Source: Patescibacteria group bacterium UBA2772
Lineage (GTDB): Bacteria > Patescibacteriota > Minisyncoccia > Moranbacterales > DUUL01
Direction of reading: 5' to 3'
DNA length: 64,000 bases
Assembly (NCBI GenBank): GCA_002352545.1
Contig: DEIO01000009.1
Location: 46,831-110,830, forward strand
A program made the translations under genes and the position numbers. Positions 28,490 to 38,012 of this stretch are shown in pieces. Position 1 is the first letter of the stretch. Each line of letters begins with the position of its first letter. The notes under the pieces are model-generated. The model had not been told where the DNA came from. It saw only the letters and a list, made by a program, of their open reading frames with translations, and ran no database searches.

Positions 28490-29146
28490 TTATTTTTTGC
28501 GTTTTTCTTCTCTCCAAGTGGTTATCTTTTTATGATTACCACTTAATAAAACATCTGGGACATCCCACCCACAAAAACTATTTGGTTTCGTATAAACAGG
28601 ATAATCCGATAAATCACACCTATCATGACTTTCTATTTCTAAAGATTCTTTGTTGCCAAGAACACCAGGAATTAATCTAGTAATAGCATCTACCATAATC
28701 ATTGCTGGTAATTCTCCCCCCGTTAAAACGTAATCTCCTATTGAAACCTCAGCATCAGCAACATTGTCTGCAATTCTTTCATCTACCCCTTCATATCTTC
28801 CACATATAATTATCAAATGTTCTATTGTACTCATTTTCTGAGCAGTTTTCTGTGAGAATTTATCACCCTTAGCTGATGTTAAAATGACTCGGGTACTTTC
28901 ATCGTTGGCTATTTCATCTCTTTTAATAAACTCAACACAACGAGTTATTGGTTCAACTTTGAATACCATTCCTGGACCACCACCATATGGTGTATCGTCA
29001 ACCGTTTTATGTTTATCCTCAGTAAAGTCTCTTAAGTTATAAACCTTTAGTGCCACCTTTCCTTCTTTTTTTGCACGTCCAATAATACTTTCATTAAAAT
29101 AAGAATTGAATATTTCTGGAAAAATTGTAATTATATGAAAAGTCAT
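28490..29146 (-). CDS. trmD: tRNA (guanine37-N1)-methyltransferase
   Basis: VDDTPYGGGPGM, CGRYEGVDER and SIGDYVLTGGE. Confidence 0.98.
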   Translation of the reverse strand: MTFHIITIFPEIFNSYFNESIIGRAKKEGKVALKVYNLRDFTEDKHKTVDDTPYGGGPGMVFKVEPITRCVEFIKRDEIANDESTRVILTSAKGDKFSQKTAQKMSTIEHLIIICGRYEGVDERIADNVADAEVSIGDYVLTGGELPAMIMVDAITRLIPGVLGNKESLEIESHDRCDLSDYPVYTKPNSFCGWDVPDVLLSGNHKKITTWREEKRKK

Positions 29147-29224
29147 TCTTTTTTATAAAAAATTAAACAAAAAACCGCATTTTTATATTAACACGGTTTT
29201 ATGCTGTACAAAAGTCCTATGACT

Positions 29225-29551
29225 TTAGTTTATGTCATTAACGATGTCATCAATACTCTTCTCTGTATCTTCACTTTTCTCCTCAGGAGAAACTCTCTCT
29301 GAACCCTCTGGTTCATTGATCTTAAGATTAACACGGGCATTGTTTCTAGCTCCAACAACTCGAAGAAGTGTTCTAATTGCTTTAGCTGTTGATCCTTGTC
29401 TACCGATAATCATTCCCATGTCTTTTGGGTTTACACTTAGTGTAATGAGCACACCGCGCTCATCTACAATTCTATCTACCACAACATCTTCAGGAACATC
29501 TACAATAGATTTCACAATAAATTCGAGAAATTCTTTGTCTTTTCCGTCCAT
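29225..29551 (-). CDS. khpA: KH-domain RNA-binding protein (KhpA/YlqC family)
   Basis: DMGMIIGRQGSTAKAIRTLL; adjacent to trmD. Confidence 0.9.
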   Translation of the reverse strand: MDGKDKEFLEFIVKSIVDVPEDVVVDRIVDERGVLITLSVNPKDMGMIIGRQGSTAKAIRTLLRVVGARNNARVNLKINEPEGSERVSPEEKSEDTEKSIDDIVNDIN

Positions 29552-29579
29552 TTGTCAAATCAGTTAATTCTAAACTCTC

Positions 29580-29659
29580 TCAATCCCATTGTTGACATCG
29601 ACCTTTTAGTAAGTGCCAAGGGATATTGAAATTATATCAAAACGCTATTTTGGTGTCAA
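29580..29659 (-). promoter_or_regulatory. Consensus sigma70 promoter and structured 5' leader of khpA
   Basis: TTGACA (29659-29654), 17 nt, TATAAT (29636-29631) with extended TG; AUCCC/GGGAU and UUGGCA/UGUCAA stems start at the predicted +1. Confidence 0.75.
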
Positions 29660-29686
29660 TTCGAACACCTCATAGCACTATGAATC

Positions 29687-32600
29687 CTATGATCCGGCTT
29701 CTTGCCAATTAACCGGCTTTCTACACGATTTAGCACATTCATACATTGAGTCATACGACTCTGCAGAACAGTTTCCATCTATAGGGAAAGATATCTCTGA
29801 AGCACAAGTTTTTGCTTCTGTACATTTCCAACAAGTAACTGGGGGAGGAACTACATGAAGAAGAGATGAACCTTTAGCTTCTTTGTACTCTGCGGTTATA
29901 TTCACTGGTCCTCCATGTGTTTCTGTATATTCATGACCAGTAACAAGACCTGCACTATCAACTGAAACTACGCTACTATTTGGACTACTCCACTCTGTAG
30001 AAAATGAAGCATAGCCACTAGTTACATCAACAGCACCAGAAGTATTAGAGCATGAGAATGCTAAATCTGCATCTTGTTTAAACCAAGCCCTTAATTGAGT
30101 TGTACTTCCCAAATCAATTACTCTAGCAGGATTAGGACAAACAATAACCTTTGCAACAACAACCGGCACTGTTGCTGTTACCTCTCCTCCACTGTTTCCA
30201 CAAACCAATTTATAGGTCGTTGAAATAGAAGGTGTCAATGTATCACTTCCACTTATAGTCTTACCTCCAACAAAATCACCATTTAAATCAATCGCATAAC
30301 AATAGGAAGCATTGTCTGCTGACCAAGTAAGAGTTGTGCTGTCTCCAGAAGAAACATCATATCTACTAGCGTTGAAAGAAATTGTAACCCCTGGAGGTGG
30401 ACCTCCAACAACAACATCTACAATTGCAGTCCTACTTCCAGCAGTATTTGAACAATGAAGTTCAAATCTTGTTGTAGAGGCTAAATTAGCTGTTACTTCT
30501 TGCCCCCCACCAACAGCCTTTAGCCCACTCCAACCATTAAAGGCTGTGCAATTTTCAGCATTTTCCACTCTCCAACGAAGTGTAGTATTTCCATTCACAG
30601 GCAACGACATTTCATCAGCCCAGAAACTAATACTTGGAACACTAAGCTCAGTTCCTCCTTTATTGACTCTAACAATTGCAGCCATTGAACCATAGCTATT
30701 TCCACAGGTTAAGACTAATTCTTGTTGATCGCCCGAAAAAATTAATGCCTCAGATCCAGATGTTTTATCTTTATTCCCTTCCCAAAATCCATACGGATTT
30801 GAACTTGCCATACACCAAGAAGAATTTGTTGCATCCCAACTTAAATTGTATTCCTCTCCTTCATTAGCAATATATTTATCAGAAGTAAAGTTAATTTGAG
30901 GAGATTCTCCACTAGAAGCACCAGCATTAACTCTACGATATTTAGTACTCTTTACGCCCTCTGAATTTTCACACTCTAGATAAAAATATGTCCTGGTGGT
31001 TAAATTAGAAGTCAATTGCAAACCACTAGTCTTTCTCGAACCAGACCAAGTTGGTTCAGCTGGATTTGCCCAAGCACGACAACTTTCAGAATAATCAGCA
31101 AACCAAGAAATTGTAGCAGGAGAATTATATGACACCAAAGAAGGTGCACTCATAGTAATAGAAGGTGGATGCTCACCTGCACTAATCGTAATCCACCGCC
31201 AATTAGTATTTGAGGTATAATTCCAGCAACGTAAATACAGGTTAGTTGAATAATTAGTAATAGGTCCAACTACCTTTGAAGATTCACTTCCAGCAACCTG
31301 AGATTGATATCGATTCCAATTAGAAAATCCTTCGTAAGAATATGATTCACACCAATTTGCATTTTTACCATTCCAAGTCAAGGTAACACTACCATTTTTT
31401 TCTATCTCCGTATTATCTGCATAAAACTCCAAATCCACTTCGTTAGCAGTATCCACTGTTATAGTCAACGATCTAGAAATAGTCCCTTGAACATTCTCGC
31501 AACTTATTTCATATAATGTTGTAGTGGTTAAATTTTTAGTATCTTCAATTCCAGCAGGAATTGCCTTATCACCACTCCATGGACCGCTTGAAGCCCAACA
31601 CCTATCAGCATCAGTTGTTGTCCAATGCAGAGTTGTGCTGCCATTTTCATAGAAACTATACTCATCAGCCCAAAAATTCAATACAGGTGGCTCACCAGGT
31701 GTACCTGATATATTAATAGTCAAACTTCTACTAGCAGTCCCTCCGTCACCCGTACAAGTTACTGTGTAGGTTTTTGGTAAAAACAAATCTCCAGTTGCGC
31801 GACTACCATCCACTGCAACTCCACCAACGCTAGATAATGAACATACTCTTGCATTCGTAGTATCCCAATGAATCGTTGTGCCAGTTCCATATGGAATTGG
31901 ATTTGCATCCGCCGTCAAAGTTATTTCAGGAGGAAAACCAACTGGAATGACCTCAACCGTAGAAGCCTTGGAAGTTTCGCCTTCGTCACTATTGTTACCA
32001 CAAGTAACCGTATAAGTTGTGTCTTCTGTTAAATTCCCAGTATAATAATTTCCGTCTGAACCAATAGGATTATTTGTGGAATTATACTTTAAGCGGCACC
32101 AATCTGCGTGTTCAGAATTCCATCTAACAACCGTTGGTTGATTATAAACAACAGTTGTATCATCAACTGTTATAGTTACATCTGGAGGAAAAGTTGGATC
32201 TGTTACATTCACATTAACCCTTTCAGTCGTAACTCCACCATCTCCAGAAGCTTTTAGAATATATGATTCATTTTCAATTAGATTACCTGTATCTTCACTT
32301 CCAGAAGGAATTGTTTTTCCACCATCCCAAGAACCAGAGGCTATCAAAGAAGTTGCGTCTGTCACAGACCAATCAAGTTCAGTAGATGTGTTGTACTCCA
32401 ACGCAGGATTGTCTGCTGAAAAATGCAATACTGGAGGCAGGGCTGGATTAGGAGCAACACTTATAGCTATGGTATCATTAGCCGTATCAGACCAGCTATA
32501 GCATCTTACTGTAAAGGTCTTATCAGCTGTTAGATTATTTGATGTATAACTACCATTTATTGGCAAATTTCCTGTCCATGAACCATAATAAACCTTACAA

Positions 32601-33520
32601 TAATCAGCATTTGTAGAAGTCCAATTAATTGTAGCTTTTGTATTATATTCAATATTTAAATCATCAGTAGTGGCGTCTAGCGATACTGGTTGTCTGACTC
32701 TTGGAGCAACTGCAATTGTAATATTTTTCCGAACACTACTTCCTGATGAATTCGCACAATACAGAGAATAAGTCTCATTTTCAGTTAATTCTGCAGTTTG
32801 ATAAGACCCATTGTCTTCATCCTTTCCGCCACTCCATGAGCCTGAAGCAGTACAATAATCTGCATTCGTAGCATCCCAACGAAGCATTGCTTTTGTATTC
32901 CAATCAATAAACATTTCATCAGCAACAAAATCAAGTTCTACTTGCAACGTTGGATTTAAAATAGAAATGGTAACAACCTTATCCACAACACCTCCAGCAC
33001 CAGCACATGTAACCCCAAAAGTTTTCTCTGAAATCAAGCTTTCAGTTAATTCATCACCAGTAGTCCCAGTTTCACCTGACCAATCACCATATTTTTCACA
33101 AGAAGTAGCATTGGTCGAAGACCAAATAAGTCTAGCCTGTGTGTTGTAATCAATTTCTCCTTGCTCTGGGGAAAAATCCAAAGTAGGGGGATCTGCTACC
33201 ACAATCGTTACTTCAGAAACAGAGCTTTCAGCTTCTATATCTAAACAAGTCAATGTGAATACCTTAGACCCAGCACTTAAACTACCAGTACTCTCAGAAC
33301 CATTAATAGATTTAGACCCACTCCAATCACCCGAAGCCTCACAAGAGACTGCATCAGTTACAGACCAACTCAAAGTTGTAGTAGAGTTCACAGGGATTAC
33401 TGTATCTCCAAGTGTAAATGTTATACTCGGAGCTGCAAAAGCAACTTCTGAGAAAATCAAACCTACAAAAAACCCTAGCAAAATTCCTCCAGCAGCTGTG
33501 GTTTTTTTAAATGACCACAT
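29687..33520 (-). CDS. Secreted surface protein with 13 Cys-paired Ig/PKD-like repeats, an Ig-like (Big_2-like) domain and a Cys-rich C-terminus (paralog A)
   Basis: Signal peptide ...SEVAFA|APS; repeats P..L.F.AD...L.W...NA..C....W.G...Y.L.C; ends CAKSCRKPVNWQEAGS. Confidence 0.8.
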   Translation of the reverse strand: MWSFKKTTAAGGILLGFFVGLIFSEVAFAAPSITFTLGDTVIPVNSTTTLSWSVTDAVSCEASGDWSGSKSINGSESTGSLSAGSKVFTLTCLDIEAESSVSEVTIVVADPPTLDFSPEQGEIDYNTQARLIWSSTNATSCEKYGDWSGETGTTGDELTESLISEKTFGVTCAGAGGVVDKVVTISILNPTLQVELDFVADEMFIDWNTKAMLRWDATNADYCTASGSWSGGKDEDNGSYQTAELTENETYSLYCANSSGSSVRKNITIAVAPRVRQPVSLDATTDDLNIEYNTKATINWTSTNADYCKVYYGSWTGNLPINGSYTSNNLTADKTFTVRCYSWSDTANDTIAISVAPNPALPPVLHFSADNPALEYNTSTELDWSVTDATSLIASGSWDGGKTIPSGSEDTGNLIENESYILKASGDGGVTTERVNVNVTDPTFPPDVTITVDDTTVVYNQPTVVRWNSEHADWCRLKYNSTNNPIGSDGNYYTGNLTEDTTYTVTCGNNSDEGETSKASTVEVIPVGFPPEITLTADANPIPYGTGTTIHWDTTNARVCSLSSVGGVAVDGSRATGDLFLPKTYTVTCTGDGGTASRSLTINISGTPGEPPVLNFWADEYSFYENGSTTLHWTTTDADRCWASSGPWSGDKAIPAGIEDTKNLTTTTLYEISCENVQGTISRSLTITVDTANEVDLEFYADNTEIEKNGSVTLTWNGKNANWCESYSYEGFSNWNRYQSQVAGSESSKVVGPITNYSTNLYLRCWNYTSNTNWRWITISAGEHPPSITMSAPSLVSYNSPATISWFADYSESCRAWANPAEPTWSGSRKTSGLQLTSNLTTRTYFYLECENSEGVKSTKYRRVNAGASSGESPQINFTSDKYIANEGEEYNLSWDATNSSWCMASSNPYGFWEGNKDKTSGSEALIFSGDQQELVLTCGNSYGSMAAIVRVNKGGTELSVPSISFWADEMSLPVNGNTTLRWRVENAENCTAFNGWSGLKAVGGGQEVTANLASTTRFELHCSNTAGSRTAIVDVVVGGPPPGVTISFNASRYDVSSGDSTTLTWSADNASYCYAIDLNGDFVGGKTISGSDTLTPSISTTYKLVCGNSGGEVTATVPVVVAKVIVCPNPARVIDLGSTTQLRAWFKQDADLAFSCSNTSGAVDVTSGYASFSTEWSSPNSSVVSVDSAGLVTGHEYTETHGGPVNITAEYKEAKGSSLLHVVPPPVTCWKCTEAKTCASEISFPIDGNCSAESYDSMYECAKSCRKPVNWQEAGS

Positions 33521-33560
33521 ATACACATTTACGTTAATACTTAAAAACTACAATTCAATT

Positions 33561-36500
33561 CTATGAACTAACCTCTTGCCAATCAACTGGTTTCCTGCAT
33601 GACTTAGCACATTCATGCATAGAATTATATGTATCACTCGGACAAGATCCTGAGATAGGAAATGTAATTTCTGAAAAACATGTCTTTGAATCACTGCACT
33701 TCCAACACGTAATAGGAGATGGTGATACGATTACACCACGCTGACCCTCCGCTTCTTTATATTCAGCTATTACAGTTATTGGTCCACCATGAAGTTCAGT
33801 AAAATCAAGTCCTGTTGCAAGTCCTGTTGCACCAACACTTACAACAGCGCTATTCGCACTATCCCAATCTGTTGGAAATCCATCGTAACCATTAGTGACA
33901 TCAATCGCTCCAGAAGTATCGGAACACGAAAATGTTGCATCCGCATTCTGCTTAAAATAAGCTCTTAGCTGAATTGCATTGCCTATATTGATAATCCTTG
34001 CTGGATCTGGACAAACAATCACCTTTGCAACCGTAACAGGAACTGCTGCTGTTACTTCTCCTCCATCATTTCCACAAACTAATTGATAGATAGTAGAAAC
34101 TGAAGGCCATAATTCTTCACTACCATTCATATTTTTTCCTCCCACAAAATCACCATTAGAATCAAGTGCATAGCAATAAGCAGCATTCTCTGCAGCCCAA
34201 GAAAGTATCGTGCTATTTCCAGCAGAAACATCATATTTACTAGCATTAAAGTTAATTGTCACACCAGGAGGAGAACCTCCTACGACAATATTCAAAGAAG
34301 TCGTTCTACTCCCAGCAACATTAGTACAAGTTAGCTCAAAATTAGTAGTAGCAGCGAGTGCTTGTGTTTGTTCCTGCCCACTTCCAGCAGTTCTAGTACC
34401 TGACCAAGTTGTCACCGGTGTACTAACTGCAGAACAAGCGTCAGCATTCGTAGTAGTCCATCGAAGCATTGTTTTTCCATTTACAGGAACCGCTGTTTGA
34501 TCTGCCCAAAAACTTATATTTGGCAAACCCAATTCGACGCCACCCTTATTAACAGTAACAATTGATGTCATAGAACCAGCTGCATTGCCACAGGTAAGAA
34601 ACAATTCCTGTTTATCACCCATGAAAATAAAACTATCTGACCCAGCAATTGAATTTTTTGCTCCTGACCAAATTCCAATTGGATTAGAATTTGCACTGCA
34701 CCAAGTAGCATCACCAACGTTCCAACTTACTGTATAGGATTCTCCTTCAGTCGCAATGTATTTATCAGATGTAAATGTTACTTTTGGAGCTTGTAAGTTT
34801 GAAGCACCTACTTTAACCAACCTATCTGTTTGGCTTTTTACACCCTCTGAATTTTCACATTCTATGTAAAACCTTGTATCAGCCTTTAAATTTGAAGTTT
34901 GCTGTAGACCAGTAGTCGGTCTTAAACCATTCCAAGTTGGTTCAGCTGGAACCGACCATGCTTTACAACTATCTGAGTAGTCAGCAAACCATGAGATTGT
35001 AGCTGGCGTATTGTAAGCAACAGGCGATGGTGCACTCATTGTAATTGAAGGAGGTGGATCCCCTGCCGTAATCACAATTGGTATCCAATCACTGTTACTA
35101 GTATAATTCCAGCAACGCAAATAAACAGTAGTTTTATGCTCTGTAAAAGGTCCCACAATATTAGAAGATTCTTGATCTGCAATAACATATTTACCCTGAT
35201 CCCAACCTGCTACAGCTGGCCAAGACCATGTTTGACAAATATTGGCATTCTTTCCATTCCAGGTCAATGTCACACTTGAGTTTTTCTCAATAATAGTATT
35301 ATCTGCATAAAATTCAACATTAACATCATTTGCTGGACCAACTGTTATCGTCAATGAATCAGAAACAGTTCCATTAATATTTTCACAACTAATCGAATAA
35401 GATGTTGTTGCAGTTAAAAGCCCTGTGCTTTCATCGCCACTAGGAACTGATTTATCCCCATTCCAAGGACCAGCAGAAGCCCAACAACGATCTGCATCAA
35501 CAGCTGTCCAATAAAGAGTTGTTGTCCCACTTTCAAAAAAATCATAATCATCAGCCCAAAAATTCAAAACAGGTGGAGCCATTGGAGTCCCAGAAATATT
35601 AATAGTAACACTATCAGAATCACTTCCTCCTGGACCCGCACAAGTAATCATATAAGTTTTTGGTAAGAATAAATCACCAGTTGCGTGACTGCCATCTACT
35701 ACAACTTCTCCCACACCCGACAATGAACATACTGTGGCGTTTGAAGTTGTCCATCTAACTGTTGTTCCGGTACCATATGGCACAGGATTATCATCAGCTG
35801 TAATATCAACAACAGGTGGCAAGCCAATAGGAACAACACCAACAGTAATTGATTTAATAGTTGGTCCAGCAGCATTCCCACATTCTAACTTATAAGTTTT
35901 GTTGGCTATCAAATTCCCCGTAAATTCACTACCTGTTGCACCAATAGTGTGAGCCGTTCCATCATAAGTCAATTTGCACCAATCAGCATGTTGAGAGGTC
36001 CAACGAACAACAGTGGCTTCATTATAAGCAACACTTCCATCATCTGAAATTAATGTTGTTGTTGGCGCAACAAGTGGATCACCCACTGTCACACTTGCAT
36101 TCTGAATTGAACTTCCGCCATCACCTGTAGCCTTTAATGTATATGTAGTATCGTCCAATAAATTACCAGTTGGTTCATTTCCAGCAGGAATAGTTTTATT
36201 TCCGCTCCAGTTATTTGAAGCTACAAGTGAATTTGTGTCAGTTGTATTCCAATTCAAATTTGTTCCTGACTCATAAGAAACTGAGCCATCGTCTGTCCAA
36301 AAATTCAAATTAGGTGGTAAAACAGGATTTGCTCCAACACTTATCAAAATATCATCACTATCATAATCGTCTCCATAACACCTAACCGTAAAAGTTCTGT
36401 TTGCAGTTAGGTTGGAGGATGTGTATGTACCACTTGTGGCTAGATTTCCAGTCCAAGAACCATAATAAACTCTACAGTAATCAGCATTTTCAGACGTCCA

Positions 36501-37394
36501 ATCAATTATAGCTTTTGTATTATATTCAATATTCGCATCAGGAGTTGAAGCATTTGTAACAACAGAGACTACAACTTTTGGTGCAACAAAAATATTTACA
36601 TGTTTTGTAACACTACTCCCCGAACTATTTGAACAAAATAAAGTATACGTAGTATCTGCTACTAAATTTAGAGTTTCATAGTCTCCGCCATCTTTATCCT
36701 TAGCTCCAGACCAATCATTGGATGCTGTACAAAAATCGGCGTTACTGACACTCCAGTGAAGATCTGTCTTTTCATTCCAATCAATAAAATTATTGTCGGC
36801 AAAGAAAATTAATTCTACTTGGAGTGCAGGATTGGAAATACTTATTGTAATAGATTTTTCTATATCACCTCCTTCTCCTGTACATTTTATTCCAAAAGTT
36901 TTTTCAGAAATTAAATTGCCAGTTGACTCAGTACTAGCTAAAGCAGCCGAGCCGGACCAATTTCCATACTTTTCACAGGAAGTTGCATTAGTAGAAGACC
37001 AAACTAAATCAGTTGCTGTATTGTACTCAATTTCGTCACTAACGGCAGAATAATCTAATGTTGGTGGGTCTGCAACAGTTATATCTGCATTAACTACTGT
37101 TGTCTCCAAACCATCAGTACATGTAAGTGTGAAGACTTTATTTCCAGCGCTAAGCGCACCAGTCCCTTCGGAACCAGAAAGCGCCTTCGAACCGCTCCAT
37201 TCTCCAGAGGCAACACATGAATTTGCATCTGTAACGGTCCAAGTTAAAGTTGTTGAGGAATTTATTGGAATAACCGTTTCAGCAGCCTCAAAAGTAATGT
37301 TTGGTGCAGCAAGCACAACATCAAAAGAAAGGATTCCTGAGATAAGTCCAAGGACAGCTCCCCAAACAACTGTGGTTTTCTTAAATGACCACAT
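33561..37394 (-). CDS. Secreted surface protein, colinear tandem paralog B
   Basis: Same MWSFKKTT start, signal peptide ...DVVLA|APN, same 13-repeat order; ends CAKSCRKPVDWQEVSS. Confidence 0.8.
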   Translation of the reverse strand: MWSFKKTTVVWGAVLGLISGILSFDVVLAAPNITFEAAETVIPINSSTTLTWTVTDANSCVASGEWSGSKALSGSEGTGALSAGNKVFTLTCTDGLETTVVNADITVADPPTLDYSAVSDEIEYNTATDLVWSSTNATSCEKYGNWSGSAALASTESTGNLISEKTFGIKCTGEGGDIEKSITISISNPALQVELIFFADNNFIDWNEKTDLHWSVSNADFCTASNDWSGAKDKDGGDYETLNLVADTTYTLFCSNSSGSSVTKHVNIFVAPKVVVSVVTNASTPDANIEYNTKAIIDWTSENADYCRVYYGSWTGNLATSGTYTSSNLTANRTFTVRCYGDDYDSDDILISVGANPVLPPNLNFWTDDGSVSYESGTNLNWNTTDTNSLVASNNWSGNKTIPAGNEPTGNLLDDTTYTLKATGDGGSSIQNASVTVGDPLVAPTTTLISDDGSVAYNEATVVRWTSQHADWCKLTYDGTAHTIGATGSEFTGNLIANKTYKLECGNAAGPTIKSITVGVVPIGLPPVVDITADDNPVPYGTGTTVRWTTSNATVCSLSGVGEVVVDGSHATGDLFLPKTYMITCAGPGGSDSDSVTINISGTPMAPPVLNFWADDYDFFESGTTTLYWTAVDADRCWASAGPWNGDKSVPSGDESTGLLTATTSYSISCENINGTVSDSLTITVGPANDVNVEFYADNTIIEKNSSVTLTWNGKNANICQTWSWPAVAGWDQGKYVIADQESSNIVGPFTEHKTTVYLRCWNYTSNSDWIPIVITAGDPPPSITMSAPSPVAYNTPATISWFADYSDSCKAWSVPAEPTWNGLRPTTGLQQTSNLKADTRFYIECENSEGVKSQTDRLVKVGASNLQAPKVTFTSDKYIATEGESYTVSWNVGDATWCSANSNPIGIWSGAKNSIAGSDSFIFMGDKQELFLTCGNAAGSMTSIVTVNKGGVELGLPNISFWADQTAVPVNGKTMLRWTTTNADACSAVSTPVTTWSGTRTAGSGQEQTQALAATTNFELTCTNVAGSRTTSLNIVVGGSPPGVTINFNASKYDVSAGNSTILSWAAENAAYCYALDSNGDFVGGKNMNGSEELWPSVSTIYQLVCGNDGGEVTAAVPVTVAKVIVCPDPARIINIGNAIQLRAYFKQNADATFSCSDTSGAIDVTNGYDGFPTDWDSANSAVVSVGATGLATGLDFTELHGGPITVIAEYKEAEGQRGVIVSPSPITCWKCSDSKTCFSEITFPISGSCPSDTYNSMHECAKSCRKPVDWQEVSS

Positions 37395-37429
37395 ATTTTT
37401 GTTTGTATTAAAGCTTATCAAAAAATAAA

Positions 37430-37933
37430 TTAGTTCCTATTTCTGTAGTTTAGTTCGATTTCAATAGCAGTAAACTCCTCAACATTTCGAGGATCTTGAC
37501 CTGCATTGATTCTGACCTGATCACCAGACTTAATGTCATCAAGATTTTCAAAACCTATAAGTTTTGTATTCTCATCAACTCCAACTTTGAATATCTTTTT
37601 CATTGTTGGAACTTCAACAGTTCCCTTAAATTCATCAGGATTCATATTTTTCAAAACCTCAAAATCATCAATAACTCCATCAACTTCAAGAATTTTTATT
37701 TTAATATTTTTTGGCGTTGTAACAGAACCGATTATACCATTAAAACTTTTTTCATTTTTAGAAAGTTCCAACTGATGTTCTTTGACGACATCTCCTCTTT
37801 GCTCAGGAGTCAATTCTGTTCCCGAAACCTTACTTCCAGTCACTTTTCCGTCCTTGCTTGCAATAACAGCAAACAAAACCACGAACATCACAAGGATGAT
37901 TGCAACAAGTGTAATCAATACTGATTTTTTCAT
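37430..37933 (-). CDS. Membrane-anchored protein with a probable small OB-like beta-barrel (DUF5666-like)
   Basis: N-terminal hydrophobic anchor; VGVDENTKL...IKSGDQVRI...FTAIEI pattern; first gene of the repeat-protein unit. Confidence 0.5.
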   Translation of the reverse strand: MKKSVLITLVAIILVMFVVLFAVIASKDGKVTGSKVSGTELTPEQRGDVVKEHQLELSKNEKSFNGIIGSVTTPKNIKIKILEVDGVIDDFEVLKNMNPDEFKGTVEVPTMKKIFKVGVDENTKLIGFENLDDIKSGDQVRINAGQDPRNVEEFTAIEIELNYRNRN

Positions 37934-38012
37934 TTTTTATTTTTTATTTTTTATTTATAAACTTATACTTATTTTACCAGTTATCAACTCTGTGTCAAAT
38001 TACACAAAATAA

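Noticed and set aside
15566-37421. Diversity-generating retroelement targeting the large surface proteins
   Set aside because: No reverse transcriptase or Avd gene and no template/variable repeat pair with adenine-specific mismatches seen; the paralog differences involve all bases along the whole length
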